64,000 nt of DNA, from contig DASVKO010000026.1 of assembly GCA_036385355.1 (NCBI GenBank), positions 849 to 64,848 on the forward strand, read 5' to 3'. Position numbers and translations under genes: made by a program. Every line of letters begins with the position of its first letter. The stretch's first letter is position 1. The notes beneath the pieces are model-generated. The model worked only from the letters and a program-made list of their open reading frames with translations. It was not told the DNA's origin and did no database searches. Below are positions 27,796 to 38,396 of the stretch, piece after piece. This stretch comes from Dermatophilaceae bacterium. Its GTDB lineage: Bacteria; Actinomycetota; Actinomycetes; Actinomycetales; Dermatophilaceae.

Positions 27796-28527
27796 CTACC
27801 CAAACGGCGGACGCGAACCGAGGATTGCGCTGCCGACACGCAGGTGTGTCGCGCCGTTTGCCACGGCAGCCTCAAGATCAGCGCTCATCCCTGCGGAGAT
27901 CCAGGTAGCCCCCGGGTGATCAGCGCGCACACCACCGGCCACGGCGGCCAGCTGGCCGAACGCCTTCGCCGGGTCCGCTCCCAGCGGCGCGACCGCCATG
28001 ACTCCCCGAAGCGCGAGATGCTGAGCGGCAGCAATGCTGTCCGCCAGCGCGGCAACACCCTCCGGCGGTATGCCGGCACGACCGTGTCCTGCCGGGTCAC
28101 CGTCCAAACTCACCTGGATCAGGGCGCCGAGCTCACGCCCTGCGGCGGTCGCAGCCCGGTCGAGGGCGCGGACCAGCTTGTCCCGGTCGATCGAATGCAC
28201 CGTGTCGGCATAGGACGCCAGCGAGGGCGCCTTGTTGGACTGAAGCTGACCGATGAAATGGACCTGAAGGCCTTGCCGCACCTCCGAGGGCAGAGCTGCG
28301 ACCTTCGCTGACGCCTCCTGATCGCGGTTCTCCCCGATGTCCGTCACGCCGAGCCGGAACAGAGTCTCGACATCCGCGGCCGGGAAGAACTTCGTGACCA
28401 CGATCAGCGCGACATCGCCACCCGGCCGGCCGGCTGCCCTGCAGGCAGCACCGATCCGCTCCTGGACGTGGCGGAGGTTGGCAGCCAGCTCCTCACGACG
28501 CGCGGCGGGATCGCGGGCGGACGTCAT
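27796..28527 (-). CDS. yggS: YggS family pyridoxal phosphate homeostasis protein
   Basis: 243 aa: LIVVTKFFP, HFIGQLQSNK, SAGMSADLEAAVANGATHLRVGSAILG. ATGA overlap with pgeF. Confidence 0.93.
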   Translation of the reverse strand: MTSARDPAARREELAANLRHVQERIGAACRAAGRPGGDVALIVVTKFFPAADVETLFRLGVTDIGENRDQEASAKVAALPSEVRQGLQVHFIGQLQSNKAPSLASYADTVHSIDRDKLVRALDRAATAAGRELGALIQVSLDGDPAGHGRAGIPPEGVAALADSIAAAQHLALRGVMAVAPLGADPAKAFGQLAAVAGGVRADHPGATWISAGMSADLEAAVANGATHLRVGSAILGSRPPFG

Positions 28528-29423
28528 ACGCCACCCTCAGGACGGGCTTCCACCAACCGGACGATGCCGGCGAAGCGGCCGGTACGGTGCTGGCGGCGAT
28601 AGGAGAAGAGGCTCTCCGACTCACGACTGCAGCCCGGGATCCAGTGCACCGCGACGGATCGTGACTGCAGCTGGTCGACCACACCGGCAGCGACGTCGAT
28701 GGCCGGCGTCCCGCGCCAGGAGACGGCAGCCGCCACGGGACTGACAGCGGCGGCCAGGGTTCTCATCTCCCCGGGAACCTCGTAGCAGCGCCCGCACACC
28801 GACGGACCGACCGCAGCGCTGATCGACCGAGCCCCCAGATCGGTCATCGCGTCCACGACTCGCCCGACGATTCCGGCCATCATCCCCGGACGCCCGGCGT
28901 GCACCGCCGCGGCCACGCCAGCGACCTGGTCAACCAGCAGCACCGGGGTGCAGTCCGCGACAAGAACCGCCAGGGCAAGGTCGGTCGACGTCGTGACGAG
29001 GGCGTCCACGGCAGGGGGCTCTCCCTGCCAGGGCGTATCCACGATCGCGATCTCGGCGCCGTGGCACTGGCTCATGAACAGGAGATGATCTCGTGGGACG
29101 TCGAGCGAGCCGGCCACGAGCCGCCGATTTGCCTCGACGGCAGCGGGATCATCCCCGACGTGCCCGCCAAGGTTGAGACCGGCGAAGTCCCCCACGCTCG
29201 ATCCGCCTCGAGCTGAGGTGAATCCCCAGTCGACACCCGGACCGCTGACTCCGGAACTCCGCTCACGCCAATGAAACACACTGCCCACGCTAGTCGAATC
29301 CTCATCCCGGGCAGTGTCAGGGGCGGCCGGCTCGCGGGCCGACCGCCCCTGACACTGCGTTGCCTGCGTTGACTGCGTTGCGTCGTTGACTCGAGTCATG
29401 TCGTCGTGCCGTCTGCACAGCAT
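28524..29423 (-). CDS. pgeF: YfiH/PgeF (DUF152) purine nucleoside phosphorylase/laccase-domain protein
   Basis: FMSQCHGAEI, VADCTPVLL, AAVHAGRPG. The N-terminal start is uncertain (ATG at 29399 is also possible). Confidence 0.88.
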   Translation of the reverse strand: MLCRRHDDMTRVNDATQSTQATQCQGRSAREPAAPDTARDEDSTSVGSVFHWRERSSGVSGPGVDWGFTSARGGSSVGDFAGLNLGGHVGDDPAAVEANRRLVAGSLDVPRDHLLFMSQCHGAEIAIVDTPWQGEPPAVDALVTTSTDLALAVLVADCTPVLLVDQVAGVAAAVHAGRPGMMAGIVGRVVDAMTDLGARSISAAVGPSVCGRCYEVPGEMRTLAAAVSPVAAAVSWRGTPAIDVAAGVVDQLQSRSVAVHWIPGCSRESESLFSYRRQHRTGRFAGIVRLVEARPEGGV

Positions 29424-29461
29424 TCTGGGACAGCCTCGGCACGCGGCGTTCCGGGCAGGTG

Positions 29462-30739
29462 CTACTTCAGGAAGTCGGGCACGTCCAGGTCGTCGCTGTC
29501 GTCGAAGGTGACGGTGCGCGGTGGCCGCACCACTGCGACCGGCACCGGCTCCTGCTGGTGAACAGCCGGAGCCTGGCCATTCTGGGCAGGAGGCTGCGCA
29601 GAGGGTGTGGTCGGTGTGCTGGCGGGTGCCTGCGCCGGCGCCTGCGTGCTCACAGGCGTCTGGACAGGAGGCCTGACCTGTTGTGCCGGCTGGACCACGC
29701 GTGGCTGCTGGACGGGTGCCGCTGTCGCGGCGGGCCGCTGGGTGGAACCTGCGACCTGACCCAGTGCATGGTCGTCATGACGACGGACCGGGCCGCCACC
29801 ATCGAAGCCGGCCGCGATGACGGTCACCCGCACCTCGTCGCCGAGGGCATCGTCGATGACCGTGCCGAAGATGATGTTGGCCTCGGGGTGGGCAGCTTCC
29901 TGCACCAGACGCGCGGCCTCGTTGATCTCGAACAGCCCGAGGTCTGAACCACCCTGGATCGACAGCAGCACGCCGTGCGCACCGTCGATGCTGGCCTCCA
30001 GCAACGGCGAGGAGATCGCCAGCTCAGCGGCCTGGACCGCCCTGTCGTCGCCACGAGCCGAGCCGATGCCCATGAGAGCCGAGCCGGCGCCCTGCATCAC
30101 GGCCTTGACGTCGGCGAAGTCGAGGTTGATCAGGCCGGGCGTGGTGATCAGGTCGGTGATGCCCTGCACACCGGAGAGCAGGACCTGATCGGCGCTGCGG
30201 AAGGCGTCGAGCATGCTGACCGCGCGATCGCTGATCGAGAGCAGCCGGTCATTCGGGATGATGATGAGCGTGTCGACCTCTTCGCGCAGACTGGCGATGC
30301 CGGTCTCGGCCTGGTTGGCGCGACGGCGGCCCTCGAAGGTGAAGGGCCGGGTGACCACGCCAATGGTGAGCGCACCGATCCCCTTGGCGATCTTGGCAAT
30401 GACCGGCGCGCCGCCGGTGCCGGTGCCGCCTCCTTCGCCAGCGGTCACGAAGACCATGTCGGCGCCCTTGAGGACCTCTTCGATCTCTTCGGCGTGGTCC
30501 TCGGCGGCCTTCTTGCCGACCTCGGGGTCAGCCCCGGCGCCGAGACCCCTGGTCAGCTCACGGCCCACGTCGAGCTTGACGTCTGCGTCACTCATCAGCA
30601 GGGCCTGGGCGTCGGTGTTGATGGCGATGAACTCCACGCCTTTGAGCCCGACCTCGATCATCCGGTTGATGGCATTGACACCGCCTCCGCCAATGCCGAC
30701 GACCTTGATAACGGCTAGGTAGTTCTGCGGTGCTGCCAC
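29462..30739 (-). CDS. ftsZ: cell division GTPase FtsZ
   Basis: (V)[39 protein letters not shown]. The GTG at 30739 has AGGAGAGG 9 nt upstream and reproduces the usual [14 protein letters not shown]-terminus. ATG alternatives at 30796 and 30817 lack an RBS, and the ORF-track start at 30904 is an over-extension. Confidence 0.93.
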   Translation of the reverse strand: MAAPQNYLAVIKVVGIGGGGVNAINRMIEVGLKGVEFIAINTDAQALLMSDADVKLDVGRELTRGLGAGADPEVGKKAAEDHAEEIEEVLKGADMVFVTAGEGGGTGTGGAPVIAKIAKGIGALTIGVVTRPFTFEGRRRANQAETGIASLREEVDTLIIIPNDRLLSISDRAVSMLDAFRSADQVLLSGVQGITDLITTPGLINLDFADVKAVMQGAGSALMGIGSARGDDRAVQAAELAISSPLLEASIDGAHGVLLSIQGGSDLGLFEINEAARLVQEAAHPEANIIFGTVIDDALGDEVRVTVIAAGFDGGGPVRRHDDHALGQVAGSTQRPAATAAPVQQPRVVQPAQQVRPPVQTPVSTQAPAQAPASTPTTPSAQPPAQNGQAPAVHQQEPVPVAVVRPPRTVTFDDSDDLDVPDFLK

Positions 30740-30929
30740 GTCGGTTGGCCTCTCCTGGAGAAATGCTGCTTGAGTCTGTGGGGGTCCTGCAGGCATCGTA
30801 TGCGTTGTCCCACGCATCGAATGAATCTCTATGTGAACTATAGGGTTATACGCGATTCCAACCCCGTCCACGATGACCGTAAAGCCTGAGGCCCCCGTGA
30901 TCAACCCTGGGAGCGGCGTGTCGGCTGAC

Positions 30930-31715
30930 TCATCTGATGACGGGGGTGCGCGGCGCGCTGACGTCGATGGTCCCGACGTCCTTCTGCCTCAGCAGAGCGG
31001 TCAACACCTTGACCTTCAGTTCAGGTTCGGACGCTCCTCCCCACACCACCGTGACCCCGGCCACCTTGAGGGTGACCATGTTCGGCCCCAGAACGGTCAC
31101 CCTGCTGACCTGATCTCGCTGCACCGAGGACAGCGCCCGGAGAACGGCCATGGCCGCGCGCATGGACTCGATGCTCGAGGGGTTCTCCACCGTGCTGATC
31201 AGCGGGACTCCCTTGGGCGGCTCGCTCACCGTCGCATAGGCAACGCCTTGAGAATCCACAACCTTCACTTGACCTTGAGGGTTTTTCACGGCAAGGACCG
31301 GCACTCTGGGAGTGGCCGAGATCACGATCGTGCCCGGCCAGGAACGGCTCACCGTGACCTCCGCCAGCGCCGGCCAGAGAATCACCCTACGGGCGATGGG
31401 GCCGGTGTCGACCGTGGCCAGCGGAGTGCCCATCGGGACCGCCGCCCGGCCCACGATGGCGGCAGCGTCACCTGCCGGCACACCCTCGACCCGGACCGAC
31501 TTGGCGACCAGCACCGGGCTGAACTCGACCAGCCACACCCCCCCGGCCACCACTGCGAGGACGACGATCAGCAGGGCCGACAGCCTCCAGGGACGGCGTC
31601 GAACCCGCGCTGCCCGAGCATCAAACCTGGCCCGCGAGGACGGCAGCCCCGAGGAACGACGAGCCGGGGTGCCAGGGGCACCGCGCCTCTTGTCCGGACG
31701 GGCTGGCCGGCTCAA
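30930..31715 (-). CDS. ftsQ: cell division protein FtsQ
   Basis: 261 aa. Basic N-terminus, single TM ([19 protein letters not shown]), POTRA-like region. The TTG start overlaps the murC stop. Confidence 0.88.
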   Translation of the reverse strand: MSRPARPDKRRGAPGTPARRSSGLPSSRARFDARAARVRRRPWRLSALLIVVLAVVAGGVWLVEFSPVLVAKSVRVEGVPAGDAAAIVGRAAVPMGTPLATVDTGPIARRVILWPALAEVTVSRSWPGTIVISATPRVPVLAVKNPQGQVKVVDSQGVAYATVSEPPKGVPLISTVENPSSIESMRAAMAVLRALSSVQRDQVSRVTVLGPNMVTLKVAGVTVVWGGASEPELKVKVLTALLRQKDVGTIDVSAPRTPVIR

Positions 31716-33358
31716 GCCATGTCCTGTCCCGCTGTGCCTGCAGCCGCATCCGGTCGCGTGCCCAGCAGCCTGAGGATCTCGGGACCGATCATGGTGACGT
31801 CACCTGCCCCGACGGTCAGAACCAGATCGCCCTCCCGGGCAACCTGCACCACCAGCGGGGCGACATCGGACCAGGACGGGACGAAGCGAAACCGCTCCCC
31901 TGCCTGAACATCGCCGCCCTGCTGCCGGGAAAGCTGATCGGTGATCAACGCTCCGCTCACCCCCGGCATCGGGTCCTCGCGCGCGGCGTAGACGTCCATG
32001 ACCAGAACGATGTCCGCAGGCGACAGCGACGCGGCCAGCTCTGCGGCGAAGTCACGGGTCCGTGAGTAGAGATGGGGTTGGAACACCACGATCAGTCGTC
32101 CCGGTGCGGCCAGGACCAGTGCGGTCTCGACCACTGCCGCGACCTTGCCGGGGTTGTGTGCGTAGTCGTCCACAACCCGCACCCCCGCCACCTCGCCCTT
32201 GGGCTCGAACCTGCGTCGGGTGCCGGTGAAGCCGGCGAGTCCCGCCAGGACGCGGTCAGGATCCTGCCCGAGCCCTTCGGTCGCGGCGACGAACGCGGCA
32301 GTCGCGTTGAGCAGGTTGTGTCGCCCCGGTATGCCGATGTCGAGGCGACCAGCAGACCCACCAGCAACACTGCCGACACCGGCCCCTTCGCCCACACTGC
32401 CGGACCTGTCCCCGCCAGTTCTGGTCAGCTGCGCGTGCGCGTGCATCCCGACACCCCCCACACCGGTAAGCCGGATGTCGGCATCGGCCGCCATGCCGTA
32501 GGTGATCACCCGGGCGCCGGCCGCCCTGGCGACCTCACACAGGCCCCGGGACCCCTGGTCGTCCGCGCAGGTCACCAACAGGCCGTCCGGCTGCACGGTG
32601 GCCGCGAACCTGGCATAGGCCGCCTGGACCGCCTCGAAGGTGCCATAGAAGTCGAGGTGGTCAGGCTGCACGTTGGTCACGATCGCAACCTCGGGCCGAT
32701 AGACCAGGAAGGACCCGTCACTCTCGTCGGCTTCGGCCACGAAGATGTCACCAGTGCCGTGGTGAGCGTTGGTGCCGTGTTTGGCAAGCTCGCCCCCGAC
32801 GGCGAAGGAAGGGTCGAGCCCGCACTGCTGCAGGGCAACCACCAGCATCGACGTCGTCGTGGTCTTGCCGTTGGCACCAGCCACCGCCACCCGCCGGGAC
32901 CCCTGCATCACCGATACCAGCGCCTGAGATCGGTGCAGTACCCGAAGCCCGCGTGAGCGCGCCTCTCGCAGCTCGACGTTGTCCTCGCGAATAGCCGAGG
33001 AGATGACGACGGTATCGGCGTCGCCGAGATAGGACGCGTCATGGCCGATGTGGACGTTCGCCCCCTCTGCGACCAGGGCTGCCAGAACGAGAGACTTCTT
33101 GGCATCCGATCCGCTGACCGCCAGTCCCCGAGCCAGCATGACCCTGGCAACGCCCGACATCCCGGCGCCGCCGATGGCGATGAAGTGGACCGAGCCGAGA
33201 GTGTCGGCGGCCGGGATCTCGGCGGTGAAGTCGAAGCGGCCGTTCGGGCCGTTGACGACCCGGACGCCTTCGGAAGGTGAGGAACTCACCGGGGACGAGA
33301 AAGACGCCGAGGACGCCGGAGATGCCGGGGAGGGGTGTCCGCCCGTTGTTGAGCTCAT
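31712..33358 (-). CDS. murC: UDP-N-acetylmuramate--L-alanine ligase
   Basis: Start MSSTTGGHP has an ATGA overlap with the murG stop (33355-33358). Motifs IGGAGMSGVA, AGANGKTTTTSM and PGRHNLLNA. The ORF-track start at 33505 extends into murG. Confidence 0.93.
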   Translation of the reverse strand: MSSTTGGHPSPASPASSASFSSPVSSSPSEGVRVVNGPNGRFDFTAEIPAADTLGSVHFIAIGGAGMSGVARVMLARGLAVSGSDAKKSLVLAALVAEGANVHIGHDASYLGDADTVVISSAIREDNVELREARSRGLRVLHRSQALVSVMQGSRRVAVAGANGKTTTTSMLVVALQQCGLDPSFAVGGELAKHGTNAHHGTGDIFVAEADESDGSFLVYRPEVAIVTNVQPDHLDFYGTFEAVQAAYARFAATVQPDGLLVTCADDQGSRGLCEVARAAGARVITYGMAADADIRLTGVGGVGMHAHAQLTRTGGDRSGSVGEGAGVGSVAGGSAGRLDIGIPGRHNLLNATAAFVAATEGLGQDPDRVLAGLAGFTGTRRRFEPKGEVAGVRVVDDYAHNPGKVAAVVETALVLAAPGRLIVVFQPHLYSRTRDFAAELAASLSPADIVLVMDVYAAREDPMPGVSGALITDQLSRQQGGDVQAGERFRFVPSWSDVAPLVVQVAREGDLVLTVGAGDVTMIGPEILRLLGTRPDAAAGTAGQDMA

Positions 33359-34506
33359 CGGGATTCTCTCGAGGCCGCGGCAACGACAACCAGGTCGGCC
33401 AGCCGCTCGTCCGCCGCACGCTCCCCGATAGAGGCCGCGGCAACCGCCATCCTGGCGATCCTGGGACCATCGGTCACCACCGGCAGCAGCGCTGCGTCGA
33501 TCCACTGTGGCGTCAGGCCCGAGTCGTCGACCAGGATGCCACCACCGGCCGCGACGACATCAGTGGCATTGAACCGTTGCTCGCCGTTGCCGATCGGCAG
33601 GGGCACGTAGACCGCGGGCAACCCGACAGCCGTCAGCTCGCACACCGTGTTGGCACCGGAGCGGGCAACCACGAGATCGGCCACCGCATACGCCAGGTCC
33701 ATCCGGTCGACATAGGCAACAACGACGTAGGGAGGTCCGGCCACCCTCGAGTCATGCACGAACTCCTTGCCGAGGCCGGTGATGTGCAACACCTGTATGC
33801 CGCGTGCGCGCAGCTGGCCGACCCGTGATGCGAACGCCGCGTTCAGCCGCTGCGCGCCCAGGGACCCCCCGGTGATCAGCAGGGTCGGACGGTGGTCGTC
33901 GAGCCCGAAGTGGGCCAGCCCCTGCGCGCGGCTCGCCGCCCGGTTCAGCGTCGCGATCTCGCGACGCAGCGGCATACCCAGGACTGTGGCGTGTGGCAGG
34001 GATGTGGAGGCGAACGTCGTGGCGACGTAGGGCGTGATCCGGGCACCCACCCGGTTCGCCAGGCCCGGTTTGGAGTTCTGCTCGTGGACGACGATGGGGA
34101 TCCCGCGCTTGCGGGCAGCCAGGTAGGCCGGCGTCGAGACGTATCCGCCAAAACCCACCACGACATCAGGGGCCGCCTCGTCGATGGCCGCACCGGCCGC
34201 TTCGACAGCCACCTTCAGCGCGCCGGGCAGGCGCACCAGCGCGCCTGAGGGCCGCCGGGGGAAGGCCACCTTGGGAATGGTCCGCAGGTCGTATCCGCGG
34301 GCCGGCACCAGCCGCTGCTCCAGGCCCTCCTGGGTGCCCAGAACCGTCACCCGCAGACCGGGGTCCCGTCGCCGGAGGCAGTCAGCAAGAGCCAGCAGCG
34401 GGGACACGTGACCGGCCGAACCGCCACCGGCGAGCAGCACCGATCGCAACGGCACAGAAGACAACGGCACAGAAGACAGCTCCGATGGGTCGGGATCAGT
34501 AGTCAT
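33355..34506 (-). CDS. murG: undecaprenyldiphospho-muramoylpentapeptide beta-N-acetylglucosaminyltransferase
   Basis: 383 aa: LAGGGSAGHVSPLLALA, ITGGSLGAQRLN, VVARSGANTVCELTAVGLPAVYVP. Confidence 0.95.
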   Translation of the reverse strand: MTTDPDPSELSSVPLSSVPLRSVLLAGGGSAGHVSPLLALADCLRRRDPGLRVTVLGTQEGLEQRLVPARGYDLRTIPKVAFPRRPSGALVRLPGALKVAVEAAGAAIDEAAPDVVVGFGGYVSTPAYLAARKRGIPIVVHEQNSKPGLANRVGARITPYVATTFASTSLPHATVLGMPLRREIATLNRAASRAQGLAHFGLDDHRPTLLITGGSLGAQRLNAAFASRVGQLRARGIQVLHITGLGKEFVHDSRVAGPPYVVVAYVDRMDLAYAVADLVVARSGANTVCELTAVGLPAVYVPLPIGNGEQRFNATDVVAAGGGILVDDSGLTPQWIDAALLPVVTDGPRIARMAVAAASIGERAADERLADLVVVAAASRESR

Positions 34507-35792
34507 GATGGGCGACCCCGGCGCGTGGGGATGACCGCGAGCGAGCGACGCACCACGCCCGGCCGGGCGGCGAGGGCCTCCCGGCAGCCCGGTTCGTTGC
34601 GCGCGAACGACAGCAGCATCCCCAGGGCGAACAGGGTCGCCATCAGGGCTGACCCGCCGCTGGAGACCAGGGGCAGCGGGACTCCGATGACCGGAAGCAG
34701 GCCAATCACCCCGCCCATGTTGATGAGGGCCTGGCTGAGGATCCAGACCATCACCCCGGCTGTCGCGATCCGGACGAAGAAGTCATCACAGCGCAGGACC
34801 AGCCGGTAGCACGCGAAGGCCAGCAGCCCGAAGAGCGCGATGATCACCAAGGTGCCGGGCAGACCCAGCTCCTCACCGATGATGGCGAAGATGAAGTCGT
34901 TGTGAGCCGCAGGCAGCCACGACCACTTCTCACGGCTGGCACCCAGGCCGACCCCCCACCAGCCCCCGTCGGCGAGGGCGTACTGGCCGTGGATCGTCTG
35001 AAAGCACTTGGTGGAGTCGGTGCAGCCACCCAGCCACTCCTGGATACGGCCCATCCGGTTGGCGCTCGTGAGCGCCATGCCTGCGGCCAGCCCTGCGGCG
35101 GACACCCCTGCCAGGAGAAACATCCGCCCGGGGACACCCGCGACGAAGAGCATCCCGCCGATGATGGCCAGGAGCACCAGACCGGTGCCAAGGTCGTTGC
35201 CGGCCATCACGAGCAGCAGCAACAACCCGCCGGCCGGGAAGACCAAGGGCACCGCGACATGCAGGAACTTGCCCAGCAGGCGCCGTTTCTTAGTCAGCAC
35301 ACTGGCACCGAACAGGACCAGCGCGAGCTTGGCGAACTCCGAGGGCTGAACCTGCTGACCTGCGATGTGGATCCAGTTGCGGTTGCCGCTGACCGAGACG
35401 CCCAGGCCGGGCACGAAGACCAGCGCCTGCAGGACGATCGCGACCGCCAGCAGCGGCACGGAGATCCGCTTCCAGACCGCCAGCGGGAGCCGGTTGGCCA
35501 CGAAGGCGCCGATGATCCCGGCGACGGCGAACTGCAGCTGGTTGAGGAAGATCGTGTAGGAGGAGTTGGTGTCCTTGTACGACGTCACGCTGGACGCAGA
35601 CAGAACCATGGTCAGGCCGATGATCACCAGCATCGCGGTCGCGCTCAGCAGCAGGTAGTACGTGGTGACCGGGGACTCGAGCCGTTCCAGCCACGGCATC
35701 GTCCGGCGCCATGCGGAGGAACCAGCTGGGGACGTCGGGCCCTTCCCTCTCGATCCGGCTGAGGAGCCGGGCCATTGCGAAGTCGTGGTCAC
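34503..35792 (-). CDS. ftsW: SEDS-family peptidoglycan glycosyltransferase FtsW
   Basis: 429 aa, about 10 TM segments: QPSEFAKLALVLF, HNDFIFAIIGEELG, PLPLVSSGGSA. GTGA overlap with murD. Confidence 0.93.
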   Translation of the reverse strand: MTTTSQWPGSSAGSRGKGPTSPAGSSAWRRTMPWLERLESPVTTYYLLLSATAMLVIIGLTMVLSASSVTSYKDTNSSYTIFLNQLQFAVAGIIGAFVANRLPLAVWKRISVPLLAVAIVLQALVFVPGLGVSVSGNRNWIHIAGQQVQPSEFAKLALVLFGASVLTKKRRLLGKFLHVAVPLVFPAGGLLLLLVMAGNDLGTGLVLLAIIGGMLFVAGVPGRMFLLAGVSAAGLAAGMALTSANRMGRIQEWLGGCTDSTKCFQTIHGQYALADGGWWGVGLGASREKWSWLPAAHNDFIFAIIGEELGLPGTLVIIALFGLLAFACYRLVLRCDDFFVRIATAGVMVWILSQALINMGGVIGLLPVIGVPLPLVSSGGSALMATLFALGMLLSFARNEPGCREALAARPGVVRRSLAVIPTRRGRPS

Positions 35793-37306
35793 GGTGCCGT
35801 GGGCCCTTCGTGTCGGCTGGCATAACGACGAACCGCACCGGCGAACGCGTCGCCACGCGCGCCGTAGCTGGTGAACATGTCCATCGATGCCGCAGCGGGT
35901 GCGAGCAGGACAACATCGCCGGGCTGTGCCAGGTCACCGGCACGAGCCACCACGAGATCCATGACTCCAGTGTCTGTGTCAGCCACGTCGACCACCGGGA
36001 CATCGGGTGCGTGTCGTCCCAGGGCAAGGGCGATCTGCTCACGATCGGCCCCGATCAGGACGACAGCGCGTAGCCTGTGGGCCACCGACCGGACCAGCGC
36101 ATCGACGTCGGCCCCCTTGAGGAGGCCCCCGGCGATCCACACGACGTGCTCGAAGGCGGCCAGCGAGGCGCCGGCTGCGTGCGGGTTGGTGGCCTTGGAG
36201 TCGTCGACGAAGCGCACGCCGTCAACCGTTGCCACGTCGGCGATCCGGTGAGGGTCGGGGACAAAGGCACGCAGTCCGTCACGAACAGACAACGGGCCGA
36301 CCCCGTAGGCGCGAGCCAGCGCCGCAGCCGCCAGGGCATTGGCCACATTGTGGGGTGCCACCGAGGGGGCATCCCCCTGCAGGTCTGCCAGAGTGGCCAG
36401 CTCCACGGCTGAGGTCTTGCGCTGCTCGATGAACGCCCGGTCGGCCAGCACATCGTCAACCAGCCCGAGCATGGACGGGCCCGGAAGCCCCAGTGTGAAA
36501 CCGATGGCGCGACAGCCCTCCACGACGTCGGCCTCCCTGACCATCTGCTCCGTGGCCGGGTCCTGGACGTTGTAGACGCAGGCGACCTGGGTGTTCGCGT
36601 AGACCCTGGCCTTGGCCAGGCGGTACTGCTCAAGGGAACCGTGCCAGTCCACGTGGTCGGGCGCGACGTTGAGGCAGGCCGACGCGAAGGGGGTCACCGA
36701 CCTTTGCCAGTGCAGCTGGAAGCTGGACAGCTCGACGGCCAGCACGTCATACGGATCGGGGTGCAGGACCACCTCGAGCAGCGGCGTGCCCACGTTTCCC
36801 GCACTGGTCGCGCGCAGCCCGGCGGCGCGCAGGATACCCGCGAGCATCTTGACCGTCGTCGTCTTGCCGTTGGTGCCGGTGATGGTGATCCAGGGCGCCG
36901 CGCCGGACTGCGCGCGCATCCGCCACGCGAGCTCGACCTCGCCCCAGACCGGAACTCCGTGTGCGACTGCGGAGAGCAGCAGGGGGTGATCGGGGCGGAA
37001 GCCCGGCGAGGTCACGACGAGCTCCGTGCCCTCCGGGAAGTCGAGCAGGTGCTCCGGCCCCAGGCGAACGTCCACATCCAGGATCTCCAGGATTCGGGCG
37101 CGCTCACCAATAGCGGCGGTGGCGTCGGCGCTGACCACGGTGACGATGGCGCCGCGCTCCGAGAGCGCGTCAGCTGCGGCGAACCCGCTGACACCGAGAC
37201 CGGCGACCAGGATGCGCAGGCCTGACCAGTCTGCGTCACGATGAGTGAGGTTGCGCACCCCGAGACGGGGTTCGTAGCCAGGGTCGAGATCCTCGGGACT
37301 GTTCAT
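35789..37306 (-). CDS. murD: UDP-N-acetylmuramoylalanine--D-glutamate ligase
   Basis: Start MNSPEDLDPG (ATG at 37306, GAGGAA 5 nt upstream). Motifs GLGVSGFAAA and TGTNGKTTT. The ORF-track start at 37351 would overlap mraY by 38 nt. Confidence 0.92.
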   Translation of the reverse strand: MNSPEDLDPGYEPRLGVRNLTHRDADWSGLRILVAGLGVSGFAAADALSERGAIVTVVSADATAAIGERARILEILDVDVRLGPEHLLDFPEGTELVVTSPGFRPDHPLLLSAVAHGVPVWGEVELAWRMRAQSGAAPWITITGTNGKTTTVKMLAGILRAAGLRATSAGNVGTPLLEVVLHPDPYDVLAVELSSFQLHWQRSVTPFASACLNVAPDHVDWHGSLEQYRLAKARVYANTQVACVYNVQDPATEQMVREADVVEGCRAIGFTLGLPGPSMLGLVDDVLADRAFIEQRKTSAVELATLADLQGDAPSVAPHNVANALAAAALARAYGVGPLSVRDGLRAFVPDPHRIADVATVDGVRFVDDSKATNPHAAGASLAAFEHVVWIAGGLLKGADVDALVRSVAHRLRAVVLIGADREQIALALGRHAPDVPVVDVADTDTGVMDLVVARAGDLAQPGDVVLLAPAAASMDMFTSYGARGDAFAGAVRRYASRHEGPTAP

Positions 37307-37313
37307 GTGTTCC

Positions 37314-38396
37314 TCACCCTGCTCCGACAACCCACTCCGCGTAGAAGACACCCAGACCCACCGCGACGAACAACCCAGAGAGGATCCAGAACCTGATGAC
37401 GATGGTGATCTCGTCCCAGCCGGCCAGCTCGAAGTGGTGCTGGAGCGGGGCCATCCTGAACACCCGCTTGCCCGTCATCTTGAACCCGCCGACCTGGATG
37501 ATCACCGAGAGCGTGATGATGACGAACAAACCACCGAGAATGACGATCAGCAGCTCGGTGCGGGTGGTGATGGCCAAACCCGCCATGGCACCACCGAGGG
37601 CCAGAGACCCCGTGTCACCCATGAAGATCTTTGCCGGGGAAGCGTTCCACCACAGGAATCCGAAGCAGGAGCCCATGAGGGCGGCTGCCACCACCGCCAG
37701 GTCGTGCGGGTCACGCACCTCGTAGCAGTTGACGCCCGGGTTGCTCTGGCAGTTCTGGTTGAACTGCCAGATCGCGATCAGGACGTAGGAGCCGAACACC
37801 ATCACGCTCGCGCCGGTCGCCAGCCCGTCCAGGCCATCGGTGAGATTCACGCCGTTGCTGGTGCCGGCGATCATCAGGTTGGCCCAGACCACGAACAGGA
37901 GCATCCCGATCAGGGTGCCGGTGAACGCGAAGTTGACGTTCGTGTCACGAACGAACGACACGAACGGCACCGCGGGGGTGCGGAACCGGCTGTTGGGGAA
38001 CTGAAGCGCCAGGACAGCGAAGATCACCGCAACCAGAGTCTGCCCGCCAAGCTTCTGCTTGGTACGCAACCCCAGGCTGCGCTGTTTGGAGATCTTAATG
38101 TAGTCGTCCAGGAAGCCCACGATCCCCAGCCCGGCCATCAGGAAGAGCACCAGCAGCCCGCTGACCGTCGGAGGTGTCACGGTGAAGAGGTGGGCCCCGA
38201 AGTAGGCCAGGAGCGAGGCCCCGATGATCAGTGCCCCACCCATGGTCGGGGTGCCCCGCTTGGTGTGGTGTGAGGTCGGTCCGTCGTCCCGGATGAACTG
38301 GCCATAGCCCCGGCCGACCAGGAACTTGATGAACAGCGGGGTGCCGAGCAACGACACCATGAGCGAGATCGCTCCGGCCAGCAGTACCGCCTTCAC
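37314..38396 (-). CDS. mraY: phospho-N-acetylmuramoyl-pentapeptide transferase
   Basis: The GTG at 38396 forms a GTGA overlap with the murF stop. (V)[47 protein letters not shown]. Confidence 0.93.
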   Translation of the reverse strand: MKAVLLAGAISLMVSLLGTPLFIKFLVGRGYGQFIRDDGPTSHHTKRGTPTMGGALIIGASLLAYFGAHLFTVTPPTVSGLLVLFLMAGLGIVGFLDDYIKISKQRSLGLRTKQKLGGQTLVAVIFAVLALQFPNSRFRTPAVPFVSFVRDTNVNFAFTGTLIGMLLFVVWANLMIAGTSNGVNLTDGLDGLATGASVMVFGSYVLIAIWQFNQNCQSNPGVNCYEVRDPHDLAVVAAALMGSCFGFLWWNASPAKIFMGDTGSLALGGAMAGLAITTRTELLIVILGGLFVIITLSVIIQVGGFKMTGKRVFRMAPLQHHFELAGWDEITIVIRFWILSGLFVAVGLGVFYAEWVVGAG

